Shown: one piece after another, positions 1 to 14,573 of the stretch
Position numbering within the stretch: position 1 is the first letter of the stretch
Layout of the letters: the number at the start of each line of letters is the position of its first letter
Assembly: GCA_964016885.1 (NCBI GenBank)
Contig: OZ024755.1
Coordinates: forward strand, 17,174,001 to 17,238,000
DNA: 64,000 nucleotides
Reading direction: 5' to 3'
Source: Eledone cirrhosa
Taxonomy: Eukaryota
Notes under the pieces: model-generated
Seen by the model: the letters and a program-made list of their open reading frames with translations, nothing else
Database searches by the model: none
What the model was told of the DNA's origin: nothing
Translations under genes and position numbers: made by a program

Positions 1-72
1 ACATTCTGATACATATTCTTATTTAATGAGAGTTGTAACTAGCAGATTTAATGTAGTGCTACACTCTACCAG

Positions 73-615
73 CCTGGAGGTTGGCAGTTCACATCCTAAC
101 ACTATTGCTCAGTAAATGTGACCAAGGTTTTTAATTGTTATATAACTAAGTACACGGAGCTGATGTACCACCCTGGAGGTTGGCAGTTCACATCCTAACA
201 CTATTGCTCAGTAAATGTGACCAAGGTTTTTAATTGTTATATAACTAAGTACACGTAGCTGATGTACCACCCTGGAGGCTGGCAGTTCAAATCCTAACAC
301 TATTTCTCTGTAAATGTGACCAAGGTTTTTAATTGTTATATAACTAAGTACACGGAGCTGATGTACCACCCTGGAGGTTGGCAGTTCACATCCTAACAGT
401 AAATGTGACCAAGGTTTTTAATTGTTATATAACTAAGTACACGTAGCTGATGTACCACCCTGGAGGTTGGCAGTTCACATCCTAACAGTAAATGTGACCA
501 AGGTTTTTAATTGTTATATAACTAAGTACACGGAGCTGATGTACCACCCTGGAGGCTGGCAGTTCAAATCCTAACACTATTTCTCTGTAAAAGTTATATA
601 AGTAAGTAGACGGAA
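73..615. repeat. Tandem repeat, about 5.5 copies of a 99/89-bp unit
   Basis: CCTGGAGG recurs at 73, 172, 271, 370, 459, 548. Confidence 0.95.
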
Positions 616-1052
616 CTATGGACTTGATAATGGATTCTCCATTGGTTTTGATGATGAGTATTTAGTTGTTCCATCAACTCGATGTCCGACTTTCTAACTA
701 ATGTGTAACTGGTTGAGAAAAACTAGCTCTGTCAAGCCAAAATAGCTGAAGATATACTTTATAGCCCAATGGCTATCGTTTTCAGTATGTATTAACTATG
801 AAATATGTAGGTCATATCTATGAAACTAAATGACAGAAATCTCTCAATCAAACAAAGAAATATTACATTTGTGATATCTCATCTCTTACAGAGATATCTC
901 ACTTCCATGTTGTCTAATAAAAGAAATAAGTGACATTTGTTGAATATCATAAAAAAAAGTATCCCACTTTACTCTAGAACTCAACTTTATTTCTTCCTGC
1001 TATCTGAATAATTCTATTAGACCTCATTAGGCAGTTTTTGTCAGAGGTGGAA

Positions 1053-1053
<1 letters not shown>

Positions 1054-1148
<95 letters not shown>

Positions 1149-1503
1149 ATATATATGTATGTGTGTGTGTGTATATGTATGTATATATATGTATGTGTGT
1201 GTGTGTATATGTATGTATATATATGTGTGTGTGTGTGTATATGTATATATGTGTGTGTGTGTGTGTATATGTATATATATATGTGTGTGTGTGTGTATAT
1301 GTATATATATATATGTGTGTGTGTATGTATGTATGTATATATATGTGTGTGTGTGTGTGTGTATGTATGTATATATATATGTGTGTGTGTGTGTGTATAT
1401 GCATGTATATATATATATGTGTGTGTGTGTGTATATGTATGTATATATATGTGTGTGTGTGTAACTGTATGTATATATATATGTGTGTGTGTGTATATGT
1501 ATG

Positions 1504-1546
<43 letters not shown>

Positions 1547-1815
1547 ATATATGTGTGTGTGTGTATATGTATGTATATATATGTGTGTGTGTATATATAT
1601 ATATATATACATATACATATGTATGTATATATATATATATATATGTATATGTGTGTTTATATATATATATGTATATGTGTGTTTATATATATATATATGT
1701 ATATGTGTGTTTATATATATATATATATATGTGTATATGTGTGTTTATATATATATATATATATACATATACATATGTATATATATATATATATATATAT
1801 GTGTGTATGTATGTG
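1054..1815. repeat. Compound (TA)n/(TG)n microsatellite; similar tracts at about 7206-7435, 9429-9712, 9993-10770, 19600-19886, 26005-26930, 28060-28580, 51840-52200, 61210-62095
   Basis: Dinucleotide runs seen directly; they produce most [12 protein letters not shown] ORFs in the track. Confidence 0.97.
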
Positions 1816-3420
1816 CCTTAATACGCTCTTACATGACTCATACCAATTAAGGTATATTGTTTCAATGTGTAACTCTCTTTTTAAACTGTCAAGTGTTATT
1901 CTCTTGGAAGTCTTGTCACCAATAAAAGTTAGCTGCATTAATGAGATACTTTTTTTTCCAGTATGAGACATTAAAAAAAATAAGAAAGATTTAAAAAAGA
2001 AAAACGACAGAGGAAAACTGATTTTAACTGGCAGAAAATTCAGTTTTTCACTGTATAGGTTTATTGCAAACCAAAGAAGGAATAATAAGGATAAGGATTG
2101 ATAAATATCAGGATGATGATGATAAGGATGATGTGAAACTAGATAAGCAAATAAAATATGTAATTAAATAGTAGCAAATAAATTTAAGAAAACTACAGAT
2201 TTAAGATAATCATGTTTATTGTATCTGATGGTATCTTTGGCAAACATTAACTACAGCTTGATTACAAATAATTATATATAAAAGATAATTATATATTGTA
2301 TTTAAAAGAAAAAAAAATGTTTAAGTTCAACCCAAACCCAGTGGTCTATCAGGTTTGAACTTATCCTGGTTTAATTGGCGTCAGGTGACTGGGAAAACAA
2401 GACTTCCCACTGGACAGGATGCCAGTCCATTGCTACGTTAATCCCCAGCTACTGCTGCATGTTTTCAATTGAGTAGAGACTGGAGCAATATAAAATGAAG
2501 TGTTTTGATGAAGTACACAATGCACCATCCAGTGAAAGAATTTAACCCATGACATTATGATTTTCAACCAAACAACCTAACCACTAGACTGCATGGCTTC
2601 ACCATCATCATGATCATCATCATTTAACATCACATTTTCCTACTAGCGATGGTTGGACGGGTCTACATTGACCAAGTCAGTACTGAAGTGAGACTACTGA
2701 CCTCCTATACAGACCAATAGATCTGCATCCTGCTTCTGCACGGTCATATATAATTGTTATTTTAAAAGGATAACTGTATCAAAATTAGATTCTTTTTTAT
2801 TAATGATTTTTCATATCTTTTTTTTTATTAGTTCTGTTTATTTAGTTTATAACAAAACCGTTTTTAAACCCATAAATTTATTAATGTTTCAAGATCTTCA
2901 TAGGCCCATCATCAAATTAAAATTAATTACCTTAGTGGTCTGTGTGATGCATATAGATGATGGGGAATACTTTATGAATGGGAAGAAGCAGAGTGGGTAT
3001 ATAGAAAGGTAAAGACCTGATTCTGATGAAGCCGAAACCACTTGTCATCTTGGTCAGGTTTTTTCCTTCCTCTATTCATAATTATGTATTCATATATTTG
3101 AGGCGAAGAATTGGCAGAGTTGTTAAGACATCGGATAGAATGGTTCATGGTGTTCGTCCCACCTCATTGCGCGCTCTGAGTTCAAATCCCACCATGGTCA
3201 ACTTTGCCTTTCATCCTTTCGAGGTCGATAAAAAAAGTAACAGTCCTGTACTGGGGTTGATTTATCCTTTATAGAAAAAATCGGCTGTGATCACACCTGG
3301 AGAGGGTTGGGCACTCCACCAGATTTAAAAGTGCCCTAGACATACCGTATGACAGTGCTTCTACGATTCCACAAGGAGCTATGAGATCTTTATCTTTTTA
3401 TTCTTTTTATATATTCACAG

Positions 3421-3585
3421 AAACGTATCCAGAAATACAACACTTTTGTGACCAACCATCAGGAATATACAGATGCTTATAACAGTTGTATTGAATGGTT
3501 AACAATAATCAAAGAGAAATTAAACTTGTGTGCTGATTTCACAGGTGATAAACATGCTATCCAACACCGACTTAGCAAAATACAG
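3421..3585 (+). CDS. Nesprin-like exon 1 in window (165 nt, phase 0/0)
   Basis: ttcacag|AAACGT ... ATACAG|gtaaat; KRIQKYNTFVTNHQEYTDAYNSCIEWLTIIKEKLNLCADFTGDKHAIQHRLSKIQ. Confidence 0.92.
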
Positions 3586-3875
3586 GTAAATATTTTATTT
3601 TTCAAATTTTACTTCTCCTCCACCACTACTACCACTACCACCACTACTACCACTACCACCACTACTACCACTACCACCACTTCCCTGCCAAAACGATTCC
3701 CTTACAACTTGTATACACACACACACACACACACACACCTTATACTAACTATTGAAACAGCAGGAGCTCAGCTGTCGAGTCCTGACTCTTTATAATATAG
3801 CCAAACTCTACTACCCCAAGTATCAAGTACTCTGCTGAGTAATGGTCTAACTAGTTTTAAACTGGTTCTATCCTG

Positions 3876-3912
<37 letters not shown>

Positions 3913-5179
3913 TATATACACACAGATATGTGTGTGTGTGTATTTGTATCTCTGATTCTCAGAGATCAGGGAAGTACATACCACCTTCAGATTATATTTT
4001 TCTTCAGGTTTCCAACACTTAAAGTCTATAAAATTTCTATATTTATAAATGGAATTGTGGTTGAATAATCTAAAATGTAAATCCCAATTCAAATAAAAAT
4101 TCAATAAATAATTATCTTCAAATTAATTTTAACTTTATTTTCAATATTTCAATATTGCAGTATTTTATTTCAATAAAAAAATGTTTGAAGCCTTTTAAAA
4201 TCTGATCTTAATCACCAAAATGTTATCAATAAGAATATCTTAATTTTAGGAATTCAAAATTTAATCCAATGAAATTAAAAATAATTAAAAAAGAAAAAAA
4301 TTTTATTTGAAATTCATGTCTTTCATTACCATATGGCACTAAGTCTTCAAATTTTATAAAAATATTTAGAGGGAAATAAATATTTGCGTTTGTTTAATAA
4401 TTTGGAAAAATTGTAGGAATGTGTTCTTTTGATCCTGTTAGTGATACAAATAGATGGTGTGTAAATTTAGGTACATGCATGTGGTTTTGAATTGCCATAC
4501 ATTTAAATAGCATTATAAATGCATTGGATTAAGATAAATATTTGTTGCTTGGTGTAATTTGACAAAGTACCTTATTTGCCTGAGTCTATTTGCTGATAGA
4601 GTGGGTGGTAAGTGGTGGTTGGTATTAGGCATGGCATACATCTTGCCACATTTCAGGAATATGTCTAAAGTTTTAGAATTATCTAACCCTTGTTAACCCT
4701 TCTGATTCCAACCTGTCGGAGAATGCTTCTTGCCCTAAGATACACAACTTTTCATTTTTAACATGTTCATATTTAACACTTTTATTTCCATATTTCTAGT
4801 TAAAATCACTGTCTAAGATGGTATTTGGAATATAGCTTAAAGGTTCTTACATAAAATTATGATGGAAGAGTTTTGGGTAAATCTGAACAATTTAATATAG
4901 TTTTGTACCATAGAACCAGAGTGGTTTATGTAAGAACATTTATGTTCCCAACACCAAATTCTTTATTATTTTCAAAAATGACTGAAATATAAACAGAGTA
5001 TTTTGTTAGAAATATGGAATTGAAGGGATTAAAGCACTTATGCTATCATCATCATCACCAACATCATTTTATTTCTAGTTTCCATGTTTGCATAGGTTAG
5101 ATGGATCATTACGCTATGAGACATATGTTCAAAAGTTTATTTTGGCATTGTTTCTATGGCTGGATGCCCTTCCTAATGC

Positions 5180-5490
5180 CAACTACTTTAATGGGTGTAT
5201 TGGGTGCATTTTATTGTGGCACCAATACTACCACCTTACAGGATTGACTGGGTGCACTTTATCATGGCACTAACACTATCACTTTACAGGGTGGACCGAG
5301 TGCATTTTATCATGGCATCAGCACTACTACCTTACAGGGTAGACTGAGTGCATTTTATCATGGCATCTGCACTACCACCTTACAGGGTGGACTGAGTGCA
5401 TTTTATTGTCACCAGCACTACAACCTTACAGGGTGGACTGACAGCATTTTATCATGACATCAGCACTACCACTTTACAGGGTGGACTGTC
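5180..5490. repeat. About 40-bp minisatellite derived from a SINE body; same family at about 33120-33530 (reverse) and 38390-38915
   Basis: Repeated CACTTTACAGGGTGGACTGAGTGCATTTTATCATGGCATCAGCACTAC-like unit following CTGGATGCCCTTCCTAA. Confidence 0.88.
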
Positions 5491-5676
5491 AATATAAAAA
5501 AATACTACTTACTCTTGAATGGAATTGACCATGGAATAAAATGCTTTCATTATATCACCAGACATGTTTTATGAGTGAGAAATATATACACCATTATTTA
5601 CTAAGTCATTAAGAAAAGTGTAGATCAACAAGCCTTATAATCTATCTCATTGTGTCACATTATGATTAGTTTAAAT

Positions 5677-5859
5677 GCGGTGGATTGGCAGTATCGGTAG
5701 AGAGTCGGAGCCATGCTTTCCAGCATAGTTATGTCCCTTTACGGTCTGAGTTCAAATCCCGCCGAGGTTTACTTTGCCTTTCATCCTTACGGGGGTCGAT
5801 AAAATAAAGTACCAGTAATGCACTGGGTAATTGTTGGCCTTGTGCCTAAAGTAGAAACA
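5677..5859 (+). mobile_element. tRNA-derived SINE (family A), full length, 18-bp TSD
   Basis: A-box-like TGGCAGTATCGG, B-box GTTCAAATCC, core GCCTTTCATCCTTACGGGG..TCGATAAAATAAAGTACCAG; TSD ATTATGATTAGTTTAAAT at 5659-5676 and 5860-5877. Confidence 0.92.
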
Positions 5860-6148
5860 ATTATGATTAGTTTAAATATTATATCATAATCAGTTTAAAT
5901 ACTAAATGCTTTTGCAATGAAATTTAAAAATTCTTATTCTTTCCATTTAAAAAACAAATAACTCTTTTCTTGATCTACTTACAAATTTTGTCGAATTTTA
6001 TAGATAATAAATGTAATAATAGTTTTCGCTAATATCTTTGTTGCTACTTACAACATCTGTAATCCTTTTAATACCAAACTGCCTAAAATAGATTCTGGTT
6101 TTATGATTTAAATCTGTTTCATTTAAAATATTTATATTTATCTAACTA

Positions 6149-6330
6149 GTGGATTGGCAGTATCGGTAGAGGGTCGGACGCCATGCTTTGAAGCATAGTT
6201 ATGTCCCTTTACGATCTGAGTTCAAATCATGCCGAGGTTGACTTTGCCTTTCATCCTTACGGGGTCGATAAAATAAAGTACCAATAATGCACTGGGTAAT
6301 TGCTGGCCTTGTGCCTAAAGTAGAAGCAAT
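6149..6330 (+). mobile_element. SINE family A copy inserted in a TTAA-MITE remnant
   Basis: Near-identical to 5677-5859; flanks match the MITE body seen at about 7862-8110. Confidence 0.88.
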
Positions 6331-6906
6331 TATGATTTTATGTAAGAACATTTGTTAAATTAGTTCCAAATACCAGCATTAATATCAAAAATTATATTAT
6401 TAAGTTCTTCCAAATTCTTGATGGGAAGACAAGCAAATACTGAGGCTTGTCTGGCTGCTGTCAAGATCTCAGGCATCATCAGACCCTGTACAGCAAAAGT
6501 TCTCTGTAAAATCAGAATGTCGGTAGCTCATCTGAGAAAAGTGCCCCATGAGGTGGAGGGGCTGTTGTAGTGGGTGTCACTGGCCATTGTCTGTGGAAAT
6601 GTCTTTGCAGTTTTGTCTGCAAGATACAGCCAAAACACCACCCTGACCTTGGTATAGAGTCTGTCACCATCTCCCTATCTCCCTTGCCTAATAGTCCTTG
6701 CTCTTTTCTTCCTCTAGTTATTAAGAAGAGTTGAAATTAATGCATGTAAGATTTCACTGCTCTAGCATTACTCCTTCATAGTCAGCCTATGAAAATTTCA
6801 GCCTACCTTATAATACGTGTAAGATTTCACAGCTTTAGCATCACTCCTTCATAGTCAGCCTACCCATTGTACTATCACATTCCTAGATACAATTCTACCA
6901 TGACTA

Positions 6907-6944
<38 letters not shown>

Positions 6945-7200
6945 TCATCGTTTAACGTCCATCTTCCACGCTTGCATATACTGGTATTTGTATTTCTTAG
7001 AAAAAGCCATTATTACATTGTTGAAAAAGTGTTTGTCTTGCACTGTTTGTCTTTGCTTGTTAGAAGCTGAGAACCATAGCTTAAGTATCCTATGTTGTAT
7101 TTTCTTGATTCAATACTGAATATATTCCTTTGTGTTTTCATGAATTCTTTGAAATTATCAACACAGTGGCGCTGTGTAAGTTCTTCATCCTATCTTGCTA

Positions 7201-7257
<57 letters not shown>

Positions 7258-7342
7258 TATACATACATACACATACATACAAATGCAGACATATAATACA
7301 TGTATGTATTTATGGGCATATATATATATATATATACACACG

Positions 7343-7438
<96 letters not shown>

Positions 7439-9096
7439 TCCATAGCTAAAATGCTGACTCTTTCTGATTTTATGTTATGTTGTAGTTAATGCTGCTTTTT
7501 GGAGTGTGGGTGTATGTGTATATATATATATATAGGTATATATATATATATATGCAAATTTAATCAGATTATTTTGGTTACTCTGAAAATAAATCAATGA
7601 ATATTCCATTCTGTTTTACTACTGGGTTTCAGTTTACATCAAACATAATTTTCAGTTGTTTTTCTTTTTAATTGAATTTTATAAACACAGAGTGTTATAT
7701 GATTAACTGTTCATTGCTGGTGTTTAGAATAAATAGTTTAGATGTATACTATTAAATTGATTATTAGGGATTAAGGTGGGTGGGGCGTTGGTTAAAATCT
7801 GAAGCTGCTTGTTCAGATAGTTGGTTAAGAAACCTATTTTATGTAATATAGTTATGGTAAATTAACCATTCTGGTACCAATCTGTCGGAAACTGCCTCTA
7901 GTTCTATGATCCAAAACTATTTAGAAGTGCTAATGTTTATCTAAAACCATTCCATCATAATTTTATGTAAGAATTTATCATAACCTATGCTCCAAACACC
8001 AGTTTATTGAAGAGAAAGTTAGTTATGATTCTAAATCCTTCCAAATTTCTAAATATTTGAGAATTATTGTCAGTGGTTTTCACCAGGAATATGGTAATGA
8101 GAGAGTTAGACATAAATGATGGATTCTTACATGAATCAGATAAGCAAATAGGTGAAAGTGACAAACTAAAAGAGGTTTTATATTGTGGCTTGACTTTGTA
8201 AAAATAGCAGCTAGATTTCACTCGTAATATTCCAGTGTTTTAAAATAGGACCATTTCATTGTTCCAAAGTATTGGAATGATCACAGTTAGAATACCCTTT
8301 TCTATAGATTTACTTGAGCAGGTAAGATATGGGAGCTATCCAGCTAGTGACCAATCAAACTTTAGTTTTATTAGTACTATAATTAGATTTGATTTTAACC
8401 AGTGCCTTAGATCAGAGCTGAAACAGAAATCAAATCATCTTCATCTTTTTAACATCTGCTTTCCATGTGAGCAAGGGTTGGACAGGTCTACATAGACCAA
8501 GTCAGTATTGAAGTAAGGCTATTGACCTCCCAAACAGGCCAGGTATTGCATATTGCTTAAACTTTAAACATCCACTAGATTATACGCAAGCCTTAATTTG
8601 CAGTGGTTGAAAGGAATTACTAATTACACTGATAGAATAATGGCCAACAATTTTTGGAGAGAGGAAAGTCTATTAAATCGACCCCAGTGCATTACTGGTA
8701 CTTTATTTTATCAACCCCATAATGATGAAAAGCAAAGCTAAACTTGGCAGAATTTGAACTCAGATTGTAAAGGGATGTAACTATATGCTGCAAAACATGT
8801 CCGATACTGTTCTGATACTGCCAATCCACAAATTACTCTACTGGTTCCTGATTTAGGAACAACAATTTATGAAGAGGTAAAAGTAGACTAAATCAACCTC
8901 AGTGCATTACTGTTACTTTATTTTATCAACCCCATAAAGATGAAAGGCATATCTAAACTCAGCAGAATTTGAACTCATAACCTACAGGGATATAACTGTA
9001 TGCCACAAAGCACATTGTCCAGCACAAAATAACGATAATATAGTTCTAGGTATATACTATATCTGAAAATAAGATGGTATTTCATGGCAAGCCTGT

Positions 9097-9310
9097 TGTT
9101 GATCAGAGTTGATCTGAGAATCAACAACAACACTTCTTCAAACATTCTCATGATAAATGAGTGAAGTCTGTTGATTAGAGTTGATCTGAGAATCAACAAT
9201 AACACTTCTTCAAACATTCTTATGATAAATGAGTGAAGTCTGTTGATTAGAGATGATCTGAGAATCAACAACAATAACACTTCTTCAAACATTCTTATGA
9301 TGATTGAGTG
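9097..9310. repeat. Tandem repeat, 3 x 72 bp
   Basis: TGTTGAT recurs at 9097, 9169, 9241. Confidence 0.92.
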
Positions 9311-9581
9311 GAAATATCTTCTTATTTTCTTCATATATTTCTGATTTGATTCTTATTTGTTCAACATGTTTCTTTTACTAAAATCTCTTGGTGATTTTCT
9401 GTTTGTGCTACTATTGGAATTCTCAAGCATGTGTGTGTATATATATATATGTGTGTGTGTGTATGTATATATATATATATGTTTATATATATGTATATAT
9501 ACATATGCATATATGTATATATGTATGTATATATATATATATGTATGTATATATATATATGTGTGTGTATATATATATATA

Positions 9582-9663
<82 letters not shown>

Positions 9664-9999
9664 TATATATACATGTATATATATATGTGTGTGTGTATAT
9701 ATATATATATATAGTTAGATGATGCTAAACAAAATGTAGACATTTCCATAAAATAATTGAATCATTTGTTTTCTGTCCAACTATACAAGCCAGAATATAA
9801 GTATTCATGATTTCATTGAACTTATTTTATGGGTAACCAATCAATCTCTACAAATATTTCATTACTAATATTTCTTCTTGCTTTCATGCCTTTAAAGAGT
9901 GAAATACTAATGTTATTTTTTCTGTTCAGTATTGTGGTTGTTTTCTGTGTGCTAACTAAACTTTGTTATACCCTTTTTCTATCTCTCTCTTTGTGTATG

Positions 10000-10052
<53 letters not shown>

Positions 10053-10311
10053 GTATATATGTATACATATATAAATGCATATATATATACATACATATAT
10101 ATGTATACATATATAAATGCATATATATATATACATACATATATATATATGTATATATGTATACATATATAAATGCATATATATACATATATATATGTAT
10201 ATATATATAAATGCATATATATATATACATATATATATATATATGTATATATGTATACATATATAAATGCATATAAATATATATACATATATATATATAC
10301 ATATATAAAAA

Positions 10312-10360
<49 letters not shown>

Positions 10361-10374
10361 ACATATATACATGC

Positions 10375-10407
<33 letters not shown>

Positions 10408-10516
10408 GAGATATCACTGTTTAATGTCAACTTTTCCACGCTGGCAGGGGTTAGACAAGTTATCCTGTTGTGAGCAATGCCAGGTCAGGTGATCATGTCA
10501 TACCCATATAGAACCG

Positions 10517-10581
<65 letters not shown>

Positions 10582-12506
10582 AAGTTTGCATATATATGTG
10601 TGTGTGTGTGTATATATATATATTTAAGTTTGCATTTATATGTGTGTATGTATATACATATATATATGTATGTAAGTTTATATGTGTATATATATATATA
10701 TATATGTGTATATATATATATATATAGATAGATACATAGACATTTATATATAAACACACACATACATACAACCATCCTTTTGTGATTTCTTTAGAAACAT
10801 CAAACAGATCTTTCTATGGATATACAATTCTAAGTTTAAAGTATCTTGGGTATACTTCACTTGTTAATGCTTTTGATTATGTGATAACCTCTTTAACAAA
10901 ATGTCTGGTTGTAGGATCAGAACATGTATAGTATGATAGTTGTAATAGTTGAGTTAATAGCATGCAAGACTATCAACAATGTTCAGGTTTTCTTATTCTG
11001 ACACTAACTATATCTATATATCTATTACCAAAACAACTTCCAAAAGTTCAAATTTAGTTTGTTGTAAATTATTAGGTTCTGTAAAATAAGAGGTATGTTA
11101 CTGTGAAGTCCTTCATCATTGAATAAGATGATCACATCTAGATATCTGTAAAGTATAAAATTGATATGTTTCATTTGCTTGCTGTGTTGATTTCAGCTCC
11201 AGTGAGTCTAGTGAAGGCAATGTAGAGAGGAGAGTGTGACAGAACATATCATTAGATTGTAATCTCCTCCATTTGCCTCAGTCTTTCTTGCCATTGAGTG
11301 CAAGAGAGAGCTGTGTGGTTAATATGTTTGTTTCACAACCATATAGTGTCAGGTTCAATCCCTCTGTGCAACACTTTGAGTAAGTGTCTCATGTAATAAC
11401 CAAAGATATGTGAGTGAAATTTGGTTGATGGATTGATGGAAAGTATGTGAAAGTCCAGCAGAGGAATCCTTCTAGTTTTGGGTGGTAGACTTAATCCGTC
11501 ACGCTGTTTAACACCAGCACTTCACTCCTTAGTGTAGTTATGGACAAACTGTGTTCCATGGGTCACATATGGCCCTCTTGGTTTTCTGAATGGCATGCCT
11601 AATTTCAAAATCACCTTGAATCTTTTAGTTGTGCAGCCTGACATATGATGAGCCACATTCCATGTGGTTCACTGCTGGAAAAAAGTTTCCCCTGCCTGCT
11701 TTAATATCTTTAACAAAAAGCTACTTTGTTGAAAGAGAGTGGATCAAATCTCTGATCTGTGCATAAATTTCTCCCTGCCTCCAATATTTCAAAATCTGCA
11801 AAAAACAGTCATGAACACTGAACACTGTCTTTTCATCCCTGGCTAAACCATGAAAAAAATATATTCAAAAATATTCAGGGCCTGGTTCTGGTTACAAACT
11901 GCATGTGTTTGTTGGTATGTAATATCTCATTTAGCTGTTTAACTTAAGTATAGCTAATCATCTCTAATCAGCTGCGAGGGATTCTACAATAATGTTTCGT
12001 GAACAAGATTTCCTAAAATAAGAAAATTTTTTTTTTATTTAAACCATGATTTCTTTGTTTTATTTGAGTTACTGTACTACATTCATACAATTTGTTGGAG
12101 AAAGATAATTATCCAAAACAGCAATGAAATATTCATCTAAAGACAAAACAATGTTATTTTAAACCAAGATGTCACCCGATTAAAACATTCAGCTAAAAAG
12201 ATCTATTAGAATGTACAACCTAAGTATTAAAATTTAAATATTTGATGACAGGATAACCTTTGAAATTTGCACATTTACTTGCTGGTACTTTATTCAAGCA
12301 CTTATTTAAATTCTCTTTAGATATCTATAATGAAAGAGAAATTCATCCTATATATATATATATATGTACTATCCTGTTCCTGTTTAGGACACACACGTGC
12401 ACGTGCATGCACATGCACGTGCACACACACACACACACACACATATGTATATATATCCTCATCCTCATCATTTTACGTTCGCTTTTCCCTGCTTGCAAGG
12501 GTGGGA

Positions 12507-12555
<49 letters not shown>

Positions 12556-13056
12556 AAAGGTAAACATAAATAACAACACAGCTGAAAAGGTGTTTGCAAT
12601 AATTCTGCCACTATTCAGCAGAATAAAATACGTAATTTAGGAGTTGTTTTGGCAAATAATTTGAGATTGAAGCAATTACGCAATTAAAGTGTCATTTTAG
12701 CCATCATCATCATCATCATCATCATCGTTTAACATCCGCTTTCCCTGCTAACAAGGGTTGGGCAAGTTAGCAACAGACCAAATCAGTATTCAAGTGGAGC
12801 TAATGACCACATAGATGGGCCAAGGGCTTGCATCCTGCTTATGTATGTTCCCACACTCTACTGAATGTTCAAATGAACCAAAGGGGCCCACATCTCACAT
12901 ATGATCCTGTGCTTTACTGAGTCCATTTTATTATGGCACCAGTACTAGGGAGGTTGTCATGTCTTTGACAACACTGAAGTGTTTTCCTGACCTTTGTTTG
13001 GCAGGTTTTTATAGCTGGATACCCTTCCTATCACCAGCCATTTGACACCCATTAAA

Positions 13057-13240
13057 ATAATTGTTTCTACTTTTGGCACAAGGCCAGCTAGCAATTATTC
13101 CAGTGGTACTTTATTTTATCGACCCCGTAAGGATGAAAGGCAAAGTTAACCTCGGCGGGATTTGAACTCGGACCATAAAGGGCTGTAACTCTTTGCTGCA
13201 AAGCATGGTGTCCGACCCTCTACCGATACTGCCAATCCAC
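13057..13240 (-). mobile_element. SINE family A copy (reverse); other reverse copies at about 8640-8830, 8850-9020, 24520-24660, 58068-58283
   Basis: Reverse complement of the family A sequence, ending GCCAATCCAC. Confidence 0.88.
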
Positions 13241-13541
13241 AAACACCAAACCTGTTATATATCACTTTCCCTTTATTTCAGGTTGTCAAAATTTGTATAA
13301 GACTTCTGTAACATCTTCATTAACATAAATATACTAGTAATGTCAGTGACCAGGTTTCAAAGAGTGTGATGAAAAATGTTGGCTCTACAAAATAAATGAT
13401 AAACTAATATTGTGTATTTTCTTGAATGGTTAAATGATTTTTTTTCAACAATGTAATTGCTGAAATATGTAATTCAATGTAAAATAAAATAAACAAAAAC
13501 AACCTACCTTTTCTCATTATTATTTCTAATGTTTCTATCAG

Positions 13542-13706
13542 GATATCCTGGCTACAAAGACTGAAGGGGAGCCAAAGGTTAAAAGAGTGGTAGAACTTTC
13601 TAGTAAAGTTCTTTCCAATACATCACCACAAGGAAAGGATATTGTCAAACGTGAAGTTGATAGTCTTCAGGATGATTGGTCAGCTTTTGTTGCTGCAATT
13701 GGACAG
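13542..13706 (+). CDS. Nesprin-like exon 2 (165 nt, phase 0/0)
   Basis: tctatcag|GATATC ... GGACAG|gtaaga; DILATKTEGEPKVKRVVELSSKVLSNTSPQGKDIVKREVDSLQDDWSAFVAAIGQ; not in ORF track. Confidence 0.92.
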
Positions 13707-13734
13707 GTAAGATGATGATTGTTGTTATTGTAAT

Positions 13735-13925
13735 GTTTTGTCTCAACAATTGGACTATTAGAATGATGGAGTGGACACCAAGGCAGTGGAGAAGAACCAG
13801 AGGGTGGCCAAAGGCCAGATGGCACAATAATCTAACCCAATACCTTGGCTGCACTTGGTCCAATACAACCAGAGATAGGAAGCAGTGGAGCTTAACCAGG
13901 GAGGGGTTCCTTCAACAGGAGTGAG
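13735..13925 (+). mobile_element. RTE-clade LINE 3' fragment
   Basis: Translates NNWTIRMMEWTPRQWRRTRGWPKARW...RDRKQW, like the RTE ORF C-terminus (R.RGRP..RW, DR..W). Confidence 0.8.
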
Positions 13926-14573
13926 AAGGCCCTAGATTTTGGATAAATTTTACCATATCTCTATGAATCAGTCACAATCTAGGTACAGTGTTAGTGAAGA
14001 GTTATCCTTTGATATCAGTTTCTCCCTACTAGTAAGGGTTGGACAGATCATTACAGACCAAGTTAATACTCAAAGTTATTGACCTCTCAGACAAGCTGGG
14101 ATCTTGCATCTCACTTGCATATGTTTGTACATTCTACAGAGTGCACTGGGTGCATTTTATTGAAGTACCAGCACTTAGGAAGGTTGTTATTTATATCTTT
14201 TGACACAACTGATGAGGACTCTTCCAACTAACTCTTTATTTGAAAAAACAAAAATGGAGAAGAAATATGAGAGGTAATCAAACAATAATAACTAAAACAA
14301 AGGGAGAGACAGTGTATGTGTTTGTGTATGTGTGAAATAATAGCTAATGTTAAAACTATTATATTTGGAACAGAAGAAATATCCAAGGTGAAATGCTGAT
14401 ATTTGTGACAACTACTGAAGCAGCTATATATAGTTTTTTGTTTGTTTTTCATCATTATTGGGCCAATAAAATAAAGTACCAGCAATGCACTGGGGTCGAT
14501 TCAATTGACTTTCTCCCTCCCGCAAACTGCTGGCCTTGTGCTTAAATCAGAAACCATTATTTTCTGTTTACAG

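Noticed and set aside
974-1971. Long ORFs of [12 protein letters not shown] type here and at many other loci
   Set aside because: Translations of TA/TG microsatellites, open in several frames because the repeats lack stop codons.
8975-9334. 119-aa ORF with repeated RMFEEVLLLILRS
   Set aside because: Product of the 72-bp tandem repeat; no splice or domain support.
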